64,000 bases of DNA from Paragordius varius (GCA_964247055.1 OZ176055.1:3906001-3970000); one strand, 5' to 3'; positions 51,384 to 62,993 are shown, counted from the first letter of the stretch. Notes: generated by a model not told the origin, from the sequence alone. Made by a program: numbers and translations.

Positions 51384-54300
51384 TGAGAGAAAATTGACAA
51401 TAAATATAGTATGCATTTTAATGGTCGATTATATCTCATTATGGTAATAGGCCAATTTGCAACACAGTAGTATATGGGGAAAATAACAAAATCTTTTAAA
51501 CAGTTTTATCCTTTCTCTTTCCGATACACTATTGTATTGCAAATTGACCAACTATAGCGTGAAATAAGCAGCCATCAAAATGCGTACTGTAATTATAATG
51601 GATATGCGAAAAATTAAAGTATAAAAATATCCTATTACATAGTATAAAAGTTACAATTGACATAAATATAAACCTGTTAAGTAACCTATTTAATGACTCA
51701 TCAATGTAGAATACAAAAAACGGATGAAGGCTTATAACACTAGACAACAAATTTTTTCTCCACTCGAGTTTTTTGCATTTTCTGATATTTAATATCATTT
51801 TGACAGTAAATCTGAAATAAAAATTATAACTCGTTGGAAGAATTTTGTATATATTGATTTTTTAGATTATGCGCCCTCTTTATCAAAATTTTACTAAAAA
51901 ATGTTTTTCTTTGAAAGTATACAAGTAATGCCCATTTGTAATATATCATTCGAAAGAGTATTAAAAACTCTATAAAATGTATACTAATATGTATTACATC
52001 GACAGTTAATATTGGACACAAAGAGCGACAAACGCGCGAAGCGAGAGCATTTTTTTTAATTATAATATTTTTAAAACTAATAGATGAAAATAGCTCAAAC
52101 TTTGTTTAGATGGAGATGAATGTCCAAAAAAGATAAGACAAGAAAGTTTTTTTTGATTAAAACATTTTTTATTGCTTTTATGTCACTCAAAACAGCCATT
52201 TTTAAGTTTTTTGTTTTTTAAAAATTACCATCTCATCAATATTAATTTATTTTCTATACAAGGCTGATAATTTCGAAAATAATAAAAACAAAGTTTAAGG
52301 TATTTTTGATCTTTTATAGCCATTATGTAATAAATTTACAGTTATAACTATGCATTTTAGTATCCACTAGATAAAATATTTATGATAATTATAATTTTTA
52401 TTAAAAAAGCAAACCAAAAGCTTTTCCAAACATTTTTTTTAAATTAAATACTAATATAACCCTAATAATAATATTAAAATAATTTAAATGATTTAAAAAT
52501 TAGTTTGTCTGTGAAAATTCCTGACTTATTTAAGGGTTGAAAATTTTGACCATTTAAATCCAAATAACTTTTACATCCGATGGATTTAATTGACATACTA
52601 CCATTTAAAAGATGCAGTTTTTTGCGCTCTTTCGAATGATATAAAATACATGGCTTCATATCTAAAACTTTAAATTTATGAAATTTTGAGTTTAATGTTA
52701 AATCGGGGCCAAAAATTATCGATAAACTCTAATATAAAAAAATTCTTTCATGTAGGACCAATTTTCTTTTCAGATATACTAATTATGTACTTTAATAAAA
52801 TAAATTTTAAATTTACAAGAATGGCAGTTAAAAAAAGTTAAAATTTGTTGTCTAGTGTAATTATCCTTTATAAACAATTATTCCCTCTAAAAGAACCATG
52901 CAAATATCCTATAAAGCTTACAGTCATTTATATGTAGAATTGACAGAAATTACTTTTAAATGATTATAATTTGTTTTTAATTGTTTTAATGTTTGATATG
53001 TTAACTTTCAACATGCGCATTTTTAAGTATTAAAATAATAATAGCTTATTTATTGTAAACAATTAAAAACAAAGTAAAATCAATTAAAAACGTATATCTG
53101 ACAATTCTAAACATACATGACTGTAAAAGTATATACGTTATAATCATTCAAATATATATATATTAAAAAAGGATCACCTAGACTTGGCCAATTGATTTTG
53201 ATCAGTTTTGCTGGTGGACAATAATGATTGATTGCTTTTGACATTTTCGTTTTCGTTCTTTTTGTCATCCATACTTATTAGACGCGTTTGTTCCGACAAA
53301 CCTATGGCATGGAAAAAATTCTCTTGTGCTTCAACATCCGAATTGGCGCAAAAATTATCATTAACATATCCAACATTCAATTTAAGCATTCGCTCTGTAT
53401 TTGGGTGTGTAAAGGGTGCACATAGCCTATTATATTATACGGTAAAAGTGATTAAAATTATAAATGAATACAAATTTTTTTCAAAAATGATATGTCTTTT
53501 ATTCTTAATAACTTATATGATTAGAAGGGATTATATTCGACATTTGCTATAAATATAATTTATTATTTATATTTTATCCAAAATAATTCAAGCTCAAGCT
53601 TTTTAAAATAAAAATTAACATTAATGGGAAAATTATTTCTAAAAATATGTGATTAAAATTATGAAATATAAAAATGCGCGTATTGAATGGAAATTTACAT
53701 CGCTATCCCCTTTTATCATATCCGAAAACGATAGGTTGATCAAAAATATATTTGAAAAATCATACTTTGTGCATATTTTGTCTTGGGAATTTAAGTTATT
53801 GGACTTTAAATAATCGAAAATGATGGATGGTTAAAAAAAGGAAATATAAATCACTTTATAGTTTTAGAAAGTTGGCATGTTAATACCATAACATAAATAT
53901 AGATCGTAGAGAAACAAATAAAAGATTAATTAATAGATTAATACATATTTAACATAGTTAGTGCATTAAACAGCCATGTTACATTAATCGTTATTATTAA
54001 AAAAAATTTACACATCAATTTAAAATTAGGTTATAATTCCGAAGCTTGAAAAGTTTAAGAAGTACGTACTTGAGTAAAATGTGAGATAAATTTAGCATAA
54101 AAGCATCAGATGCATATTTGGCTGCAAATATTTCGGGTGGAGCTTGACTAGACCAGATTTTAGCACGGTCGGCATTGTGATACAGGCAAAAACCTATTTA
54201 TATAGCCATTTAAATTAAATTTTCCAATATACTTTTTACGATAAAAATTGTAAAAATGTAAATAAGTATTATTTAAAATAAAAACAAATTATCTTGATGA

Positions 54301-55401
54301 TTAGACTTTTGTGTTATCAATATAATAGATAGAATACAAAACCGCATAAAAAATAAATATACAGCAAACATCATTGTTTGGGTGCATAAACCTTATTTAA
54401 TCCTGTTAAAAGAAACGAGGAATAGTCATGCAAATCGGTAACATTCTGAATAAATTTCACGAATGAATTCTTAGAGGATATCCACATTATTCAGTAAGTT
54501 TTTATATAAAAATTAACCTTTTACGGCTTTCGAATTGTCTTTATTTTTCAAAATTTTACTTAAACTGTAACATATTATACCTATCCATTTAAGCGTTAAA
54601 TGTCGTACGGTTGAATTGGCTTTCAATAGTCCATAAAATATTTCATACAATTTGTTAATGTGGGCTGACAATGGCTAATAAGATAAAAAAAATATTAAAA
54701 AAAACTGTCAAATATTTTTTATTTTTAATATGTAGCTAAAATTATAAAATGGGTAATAATAAAAAATAAAAGTAAAAAATATTAAAATAAAATAAATTTT
54801 ATAACTTTTAACTGTATCTTTTAAAACCAAAATTAATGCATTTTATAAATTAAAGATAGATATAATTAACTTGGCGCATATCTGGAATTTATAAAGCACT
54901 AATTTAAAAAAGAACAGCTTTTTTTGTCGGCCACATGTTTTAATGGTCAAAAAATGTATTAAAAGGTGGTGTAATATAAACTTTAATAAATGCTTCGTTT
55001 ATAAGTATTATGAGTTTGTAGACTTTTTGTGATTTTACTCTTTTTATCCTTTCAATATGAAAGTTGATAATCTTTCACTTGTAATTCCACCAATTTTAGG
55101 GTCTAATGTTTGTAAAAAACTTTAAAAAACATCACATTACCTTCCAAATATTTTGTTCCATATTTTTGTGTTCGTGGCGACCCATTTGAGACACGTTGTT
55201 AAAGAAAAGACTTCCTGAATTTTTGGTTGGGATACTAGAGATACCAATAGCTCGCCCCAAAAGACTCAATTCAAATTGCTTGCCCTTTCCCTTATTGTTA
55301 AGTGATGGTGCTAACAAATTTGTCAAACTATTATCATTACCGCCTATAATATAAAAGTTTATAAATTCTCTCTACTAGAGTTAAAGCTAATCATATAAAT
55401 G

Positions 55402-55448
<47 letters not shown>

Positions 55449-58161
55449 GATAATGAAAACACATTAAAAATGGTAAGTTTTATAATAAAAAGTTGAAGTG
55501 TTTATGTTTTAATAAATTTGAAAAACTTGATTTTTACACAAAAAACCTGTTTAACAAAATTGTAATAGGCGAATACTTCCATGACAATGTTTCTATGTCT
55601 TATTTAAACTGGTATTAAAATAAATTTTATAAACAATAACGCTTGTTCAATAAAAATAATTGATCATTTTTATTATTTTGCAGTCATTGATAAAATAGAA
55701 ACCATTTATTTCAAATTATTCTAGCACATATGATTCAAATTTTTTTCAAATAAAGCAGTATTAAACCAATTCGATAGAAGGCGTGATGGTATAGTAGGTA
55801 AGGCGCCGGACTCTTACACTGCGTGCCAGAGTTCGAGCCCCGAAACTACGCAATTATTCTATCATCTATGTTAGCCCTGGGTATGCGAGTGTTAAAGGCT
55901 TCTTATGTCCAGACACAATTTAATCCCCTTTAATATAAAAAGGAAAAAAGAGACTCTAAACTGTGTATTAAACCAATTCGATGCTCGCAATATGACAGTT
56001 AAGTTTTTCCAAAAATCATTAACTTAATTATATTGGACAGTTTTTTTTTCAAACATTTTTTTATAAATAATTTACCATACCATTATTATTGCTGGGGCCT
56101 AAATTAGGATAAACGGATCTTAATCCACGATCAAAAGCTGCCCTAAATGCCGATAAATTGTCACGTGTTCCCGTTGTCGTATTTGAAGTTGAAGTTAGAC
56201 TTAAGGAACCATTTCTTGTATTATTATTATTACTATTGTTTAAAGTTTTATTCTTATCTTGTTGTGACAATTTCGAATTCAATAGCAGTTGGGAATAAGG
56301 ATCTTTTTCTTTAGAAGAATCATCATTTAAAAGAAAAGATGGAGTAGAATGCTCTAAAAATGCCTATATTTATATAAATGTAAAGTTAGCTTTCTACTAT
56401 TATAAGCTTCATATTCAAATTATAAATATTTTAATGATTTTTAAAAAAATGTGGGAATGAATATCTATAATTCATATTACACAACTGAGTATAAAATTAT
56501 GAACGAAAATTGTTTGACATATCATCAATTTAATTTCAAAAAATAATATTAAAGCAAATTTAAAAATTAAGTTTATAATCAATGTACTTGAGCTAAATAG
56601 GATGGAGCTCCATTCCCAATGAAAAATGTTAGGCAATCCAAATAATCAAATAATTGCGTGTTGACCAGCGTAAGCTTTCTATGAAATATTTCACTCAATT
56701 TATCTAAGATGGGTTTGCACACCAAGTCTCGCAAAGCATCATAACCAGAATGTTGATGGACATAGGACAAAGTTTGTATAAGGTATTCATGCAAAAATTT
56801 ATTTTCTACGTTGATTGAAAAAATAGAAATATATAAAACATCCTTTTTGTCTCAAAATAGGGATTGTATATAATGTTTGAATATATTGATAAATATTTTT
56901 TTAACAAAAAACTGAGAAAAATTACTTTAACGTAAATGACATTATTAATTTTATGTTTTTGTTCAAATATAAATTAAAATTTATACCACAGAGTCAAAAA
57001 TATAAATCAAAATGATTTTCTTTTGATATAGAGATCAGAATCCATTTTTTTGAAGCAAAATTTTAATTTAATTTCATATTTTAAAACAAAACTAACTTGT
57101 ATCAATTTCGTGTTTGCTTTTAAATGTGACACACACAAAAATATTACTTTATATGACATATTAATTATAAAGTAATTTAAAATACAGCAAAAATTGTTCA
57201 ACCGGCCAAACAATTAGGTGTCGAGCCATTTTCTTTTTAAAAAATAAAAGGAACCATAACTTTTTGATAACCTTTTTATATTTGTTAACATATATTTGAA
57301 TTTTAACATTATATTAAAACCGAAGTATGGAATAAAATTTGCAAAATATTTAGTAATTAAATGATTATGAATATCGAGTAAAGACTGATTTTAAATTTGA
57401 CTTAGCACAAATAAACGGAATTTAAAAATGTAATTGTGCAAAAATGTCTGAAAAAATCAAAATATGCTGATTAAAAAATATTAAATGTATTAAAAAAAAT
57501 ATTAACTTGGGGAAGTATAATTTTGCAGAATAAGGTCTAAAAATTGTTCGGCAATATCTTGTGTATATAGATCCTGACTCTGCAATGCTGTGGCACTGTT
57601 GCATACAATAATTTCTAACAAATGTTGGTACTTTGTTATATTTAATGATGTGCAATCAATGGAATTTGATGGTGTTTGATCAGTATTACCATTTTCAGTG
57701 AATTCAAAGTATGATTTATAATTTTTAGAATCCTAATAATTATATACTTTATTTTACTTTCAATTCATGTAAATTACAAAAGGAATTATAAAGATAATAG
57801 AGAATATTGGTTTCAACATTTGCTAGTAGAGTTAGTTGGTCAATTGGTAAAAGCAATCGTTCAAATAGAGCCTAAATATAAAAACAAACAAACTTGATTA
57901 ACATTTTCTATGTTAAGAGTTATATCGGGATTGGCATCATGCATTTGACTTAGATAAACCATAGTGTTATTATCTAAAAGTTAACTGATAATTACTTGGA
58001 TGAAATGTAAAATTAAATATTTTTTCCAAAATTTTTTCTTCATCGTGCTCATTTTCTGACAAAGAATTAAAACCTTTGTGTTTTTGTGACAATTCATTTT
58101 CGAGTGGAACTTGTTTAGGTTCAATAAGTTGAGCAAAAGGGTTTGGTTCAGTGTTTGACAT
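41954..58161 (-). CDS. UBE4A: Ubiquitin conjugation factor E4 A (Ufd2 core plus U-box), 1397 aa. Exons (minus): 58161-57996, 57973-57894, 57871-57758, 57732-57507, 56805-56588, 56363-56081, 55343-55141, 54674-54581, 54193-54070, 53426-53178, 51332-51121, 50762-50511, 50388-50267, 49879-49570, 49028-48977, 48914-48821, 48604-48425, 47906-47793, 47383-47265, 46066-45934, 45182-44870, 43461-43202, 42947-42790, 42071-41954
   Basis: The spliced CDS is 4194 nt with all phases consistent. It has NPFAQL (A-type N-terminus), [32 protein letters not shown] (UBE4A-type rather than UBE4B), [41 protein letters not shown], and U-box [40 protein letters not shown]. Confidence 0.95.
46110..46961 (+). mobile_element. 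3' fragment of a second RTE-clade LINE (PHD finger plus C-terminal domain), antisense in UBE4A intron 19
   Basis: [50 protein letters not shown] and [11 protein letters not shown], with frameshifts; (CTAT)n tail at 46943-46961. Confidence 0.88.
47415..47464. repeat. (AT)25 microsatellite
   Basis: Direct reading. Confidence 0.95.
51351..51376. repeat. (AT)13 microsatellite
   Basis: Direct reading. Confidence 0.95.
51407..51589. mobile_element. Diverged copy of the 9776-9953 foldback MITE
   Basis: Shares TGCAACACAGTAGT and CCAACTATAG.GTGAAATAAGCA.CCAT.AAAATGC.TACTG|TA with the 9776 element. 183 bp, TA on both sides. Confidence 0.8.
51804..52781. mobile_element. ~980-bp non-autonomous DNA element with long degenerate TIRs
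   Basis: Left CAGTAAATCTGAAATAAAAATT...AAGAATTTT matches the reverse complement of the right end. The internal ATATCATTCGAAAGAG occurs in both orientations (~51945 and ~52635). A second copy lies at ~62117-62936. Confidence 0.72.
52921..53123. mobile_element. Tc1/mariner-type MITE, 203 bp, ~30-bp TIRs, TA TSD
   Basis: TA|CAGTCATTTATATGTAGAATTGACAG at the left versus right-end reverse complement TA|CAGTCATGTATGTTTAGAATTGTCAG. Confidence 0.8.
55406..55445. repeat. (AT)20 microsatellite
   Basis: Direct reading. Confidence 0.95.
55776..55964 (+). mobile_element. tRNA-derived SINE, 189 bp, perfect 18-bp TSD, antisense in UBE4A intron 6
   Basis: A-box TGGTATAGTAGG, B-box GTTCGAGCC, partial acceptor stem GCGT../..ACGC and a CTCTTAC loop. 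TSD GTATTAAACCAATTCGAT at 55758-55775 and 55965-55982. Confidence 0.88.
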
Positions 58162-58214
58162 TATTATAGGGTAACTAAAACATATGGAGGGACTGTGTCA
58201 CTAATAATGAAAAG

Positions 58215-58710
58215 TAGGGTGTATCAGTAAATAATACATTTATGCACTCCGATACGGTATTTTTTTCCGTATTATATTAAAAATCTTAAAAAATAATTAA
58301 TACACTTAATAGTATTTTATAAATATCAAACCCAGTTAAGCCGAATTCTTAAGTTAATCCTTGTAGATCAGCAATATAACCGCAGCCCACGGGTTATGGC
58401 CTTAAAAGTGCCTATTTATGTCCCTTATTTGTTTCATAAATTTTTCATACTTAATTTATGTATAAATAATTAAAATTGTTTCAAACAGCCATAAAATTTT
58501 TATCTGTAGTATACAAGATAAATATTTTTGGCTCACCTTAAAATTCTTCTAATAAGTATCACTCTGGATATTCCCACCCTATTATATTCTGAAAAGATAC
58601 CCAAAAGATATGTCTTACAGCCACTGAGAAACATAAGGGTTAAAAAATATTTTGAAGTATTTTACTAATCGCAAAATCGAGTCACTCCTTAAATTATTTT
58701 GACACCCCTG
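58215..58710. mobile_element. Possible decayed Tc1/mariner-like element just upstream of the UBE4A ATG
   Basis: The right end reads TA|CAGGGGTGTCAAAATAAT on the minus strand; the left end AGGGTGTATCAGTAAATAAT is only a weak match. Confidence 0.3.
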
Positions 58711-60589
58711 TATTTTGGAGTTTCTCATAAAGCTTAAGCTTTTAAAGCATTAGGAATAAAAACAGATAAATTTATAAAAGCAAGATGGTAGGATAATACA
58801 TTTTCAATTGGTCTTGGCTCATATATTGGCTTCATAGCCTTTTGGGTTGTTTTTTGGTCTAATCAAATATATCGTTTTTTAGCCCAGGTAGATATATGCA
58901 AATTTAGAAATAGAAATTGTAAAAATATCTTTATCTCAAACTTTTTGCAGTCATTATTTCCTTTACGCGATTACTGAATGACTGATAAAGCCAAATCTAA
59001 ACCCCCACCAAAAGTCGAACCATCGAAAGCCGCTATGGTTAATTGAGGAAGTCGATAGAAACGTTGGAAAAGGTTGCGCATTTTTTGAATATGATCTCCC
59101 ACTCGTTCTATTGGCTATTCTTTTTTCAGATCTGCCCCTCAAAAATAGAAATATTTTGCTACAAATAACAGTCAAAATAGAAACAACCAAGTTAAAAAAA
59201 TCAAAAAAAAATACTTTAATATTTCATTAATAAAACCATAATCATTGTTTTATATATCCTAACGGGTGCTTACAATGTAAAGTAAATTTTAAATTATCAA
59301 GTTTAAGGTTCTTCCAGATTTAATTTGGATCAGTAAAATCTCGGATAGGGAAGGGATATTTTAGATGATGAAATTGGTGTAATTTGATTTTTAAAGGATA
59401 TTAAGTTTAGAATTTTAATGATGACTGTTAACAAATATCATTATGGTTCAACTCAAACAAAAATATCGTTTTAGAATTGAGAGTTTTTGAATTTTGTAGC
59501 ACGATGAAAAGGATATAAAATCAAAAACACTTCATTGCCTTTTCTCGTTTTAGACCTAGTTTATCTTTTGGTGTTGTTTTATCCAGAGTTTAATCTTGAA
59601 TTATACAGTGTTAAAAGTTATTTTAGTTAAAAATCAATCATCAAACATTGTTTTCTTATATTAGTTAAAAAAGCATATGATATTTACAGTTTTGTGTCTT
59701 CCAGGTCTAACAATGAAATAGCTCTAAAACAAGATCAAAGCAAACAGCTGATATTAGAATCATATATAGGTTTTTTTTGGAATGTAACTTGTAGCTTTTT
59801 AAAGTTGATTATTTACATTTTCTCACTATAACATACATATATCTTGTTGTATTTGCGAATTAAAAAAATTACTATTTTTTCCTATCCGAATTTATATATA
59901 TATGATTTCATGAGGATATTTTTTATTATCCTGATTTATGTAATTTTATTATATTTGCCCCTAATTTAACCATTGATTCCAGAAAATTGGGTTTTTTGAA
60001 TAATTATGCTTAAATCATTTTTCCGGGGACCCTGGAGGCCTTTCAATGTTATTAATTATTTTTTATAGGTTATTCTTTAAAATTAGCTCCTCAGTGCCCC
60101 ACTCTCTGATAATGGCGTTCTAAAAATATTGGTTTGCAGCAGTTTTCTGAATTGGTAGATCGTTCTAATTCCACAGATTTTTTCATTTTGTATAAATGAT
60201 ACGAGGGTGACCTGGCCAATCTTTAAACTTGCCTCATAACGGGAATTTCTAAAAATGAAGGAATTGAAACAATTTTGTGTAAAACTTGCAGTTTTTTCCA
60301 TTATTTTTGCTCTCACTTTAGCCTACCCCCGTCAAAATTATGTATTTTTCATCCAGTTTATTATCTTCGATTCTTGCAAAAAAATTTATAAATCTGATTT
60401 AAACATCCTTGTTTTGTACGGGTCAGAGAAACGGAAACGATAAATTGTATTTTTAAAGACCGCTTTTTTTAAACATGATTTTTTCAAAAATCATTGTTTT
60501 GTGAAATAGAGATGTAAATTGGTAATAGAAATTATATTTACAATGGTAAAATAATATATATGGGAAAAATTAAATTAAAAAGTAAAGCC

Positions 60590-60990
60590 ATGTAAGGATT
60601 AGGACTCCGGGCCACGAAGTAATTCCCGACACTTACAATCTTTATATTGTTTTATAAAAAGGCCGAGTTGATTCCAGTCCATTTTAAATTATAAAGAGTG
60701 GTCACCTCTATCTCTTTTGTCATCAACGTTAATGTTTTCAATAGTTTCTAAAGGGCGGGTTGCGTCACTCCTTTGAGTACACCCGTAGAAACGCAATCGA
60801 TTGGTTGGAATGATATCAATTTTATCAGATTTCATTCCAAGTTGGTATTCCTGTAGTACGGAAGCAGTTTTTGAGTATTTGGTTTTCATATAGTTTGGGG
60901 TTTCGATTGATTTTTTAATGCCTAATGTCACAACCATATGTTAGTGCTGGTCTTATTCCTGCTTTTTAAAATGCTATTTAATTTCTTGTA
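60590..60990 (-). mobile_element. Third RTE-clade LINE 3' remnant
   Basis: GIRPALTYGCD (60933-60960), then after a frameshift NRLRFYGCTQRSD..DKRDRG. These are the same C-terminal motifs as in the other two remnants, and they explain ORF 60689..60937. Confidence 0.75.
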
Positions 60991-62116
60991 TATTTAAAAA
61001 AAAATTATTTCTCTTCAGTATAATTTTAATTTTTACTGTATAAATTTGAAAAGTTCTCAAAATACTTTTGAAATAAATATTACATTTTAATTAAATTAAA
61101 ATAATAAATATATTTTGCGATTAATTATTTTAGCCTAATTTAATTTTTAAAAAATATTTGTTAGTAAAAAGTTTGAGATGGATGATTTTTTAAACGGCCA
61201 AAAATGTCTATTTTTATATTTGTTATATCATTATTACCAAAATATTTAAAATTGAAATCACTACTTGCTACTGATATTGTTATAATTAGTATTTACTTTT
61301 AGTTTTCAAATTTATTTAAAAATTATGTAACAATTTTAATTTGTATAAAAATCATTTCATTTTTAACACTCATATATATATAAACATATTAATATCAGTT
61401 ACAATTTATATGCCACAATAATAAAAAAATTAAAATGGCTACTTTTGTTGGGCAACCCCGTAAGAAATGGTTTAAAACTAATCTTTCGCGCAACTGTATC
61501 GTCGGATACGTACAGTAAAAATTGAAATAATACGGACAATACGTAAAAGACAAATATCTTTTTGAAAGACAACCATATTTTTTTCAATCTTATTATTTTT
61601 TGATATGTACAATTGTTTGAAATTGCAAGGTATGAAATATGGATGTATATTGGTAACACATTCAATTATATATTTTATATTGTAATTAATTGATTTTTAT
61701 GAATTTAGGTTTAAAAAAGTATGGTTGCCTCTATAAAAAATATATGTCTTTATAATTACATTACGTTTTGTCAGTATAATTTTAATTTTAACTGTATATA
61801 TTGGCTCTAAAAAGTTGTATGGTAACAAGGAAATTAACACACTACACAGAAAAGTGTCCTAGAAAATATATATTCTGGTAGAAAATATTCTCATGATCTA
61901 TTGTTTTTGGTACTTACGATTAATTAAAGTTTTTTGCAATTTTGTTGCCATTGATCCATATCAAAAAAGTGCAAAATTAACGCACATGCTAATTAAAATA
62001 TTTTTAGTGAAAGCTAGATACTCCATTCGACGAAAAATATTAATATATAATAACACTAGACAAAAATTTGATTTTTTTAAAGTGCTATGTTGTAAATTAA
62101 AAATTTATATTATTAA

Positions 62117-62936
62117 TGTACATAAATATATATTATTGGTTACTCAAGAATTTTTTTATTAGGGTTTATCATATTTTTTGGCTTCGATTTAACATTAAGC
62201 TCGAAATTTTTATAAATTGAACTTTCAGATATATAGCCAGGTATTTTATATCTTTCGATGTTCAAAATTTTCAACTCATAAATAAGTGTTCACAACTAAT
62301 TTGAAAATCATATAAATTAATTTAAATTAAGTATTAGGGTCACATTAGTATAAATAAAAATTATTTATTTTAATAAAAATCTATATTTACTAATAATTTT
62401 AGGATATTAAAATGCATAGTTTATAACTGTAAATTTATCACATAATGGTTAGATAAGATCAAGAATGCATTAATCTTTATTTGTAATCTTTGGATATTTA
62501 GAATTACAAGCCTTTAAAGGAAAATAATTTATATTAATAAGATGGTAATTAATATACAAAAATTTTCTGTTTTGAATGACATAAAAGCAATAAATAAGTG
62601 TTTTAATAAAAAAAAATGTTTTTTGATATTTTTTATACATTCATTGCATCTACACATAGTATGAGCTACTTTCATCCATCACTTTTAAAAATATATTTAT
62701 TGGAAAAAACGCTCTTGCTTGGCGAGTTTGTCGCTTTCTTTGTTCTATATGAAATTTCGATGTAAAACATATTACATTTTTTGGAGTTTTTATTACTCTT
62801 TCTAATAATATTGAATAAATGGACATTTGTTGTATTTAAAAATATTTTTTAGTAAAATTTTGAAGAGGGCGCATAATTACAAAAGAGATTATAAAAAATT
62901 CTTAGGTAGCATAATTTTTAATTTAGATTTGCTGTT
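62117..62936. mobile_element. Second, oppositely oriented copy of the 51804-52781 element
   Basis: 62140-62260 matches the reverse complement of 52630-52750. The reverse complement of 62610-62936 matches 51800-52140 (TTATGCGCCCTCTT, AAAATTTTACTAAAAAAT, AAAGCGACAAAC.CGC.AAGC.AGAGC). Confidence 0.8.
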
Positions 62937-62993
62937 AAAATAGTAGTTCATATCAGGCAAACTCAAACGACAGAAAATTTAAAAAATTAAACT

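Noticed and set aside
52474-52659. Possible extra UBE4A exon
   Set aside because: Exons 10 and 11 already join in phase, and the segment lies within the TIR element also found at 62 kb.
7308-53552. Antisense ORFs over real exons (e.g. 7308..7535, 9713..9931, 14011..14223, 43292..43480, 49695..49934, 53232..53552)
   Set aside because: They are shadows of opposite-strand coding sequence or MITEs.
55780-55852. Functional tRNA-Lys(CTT) gene
   Set aside because: The anticodon and T stems do not pair, and it is embedded in a longer TSD-flanked unit, so I called it a SINE head.
58963-59190. GC-richer patch with a minus-strand ORF and a plus-strand MTDKAKSKPPPKVEPSKAAM start
   Set aside because: I recognise no homology and could not build a stop-free spliced frame; RNA-seq or BLASTX would be needed.
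60255-60443. ORF with a signal-peptide-like start (LAVFSIIFALTLA-YP)
   Set aside because: It is short, lies in TE-like sequence, and hydrophobic runs are expected from T-rich DNA.
61840-61855. CACTACACAGAAAA, a CACTA-like terminus
   Set aside because: I found no matching inverted end.
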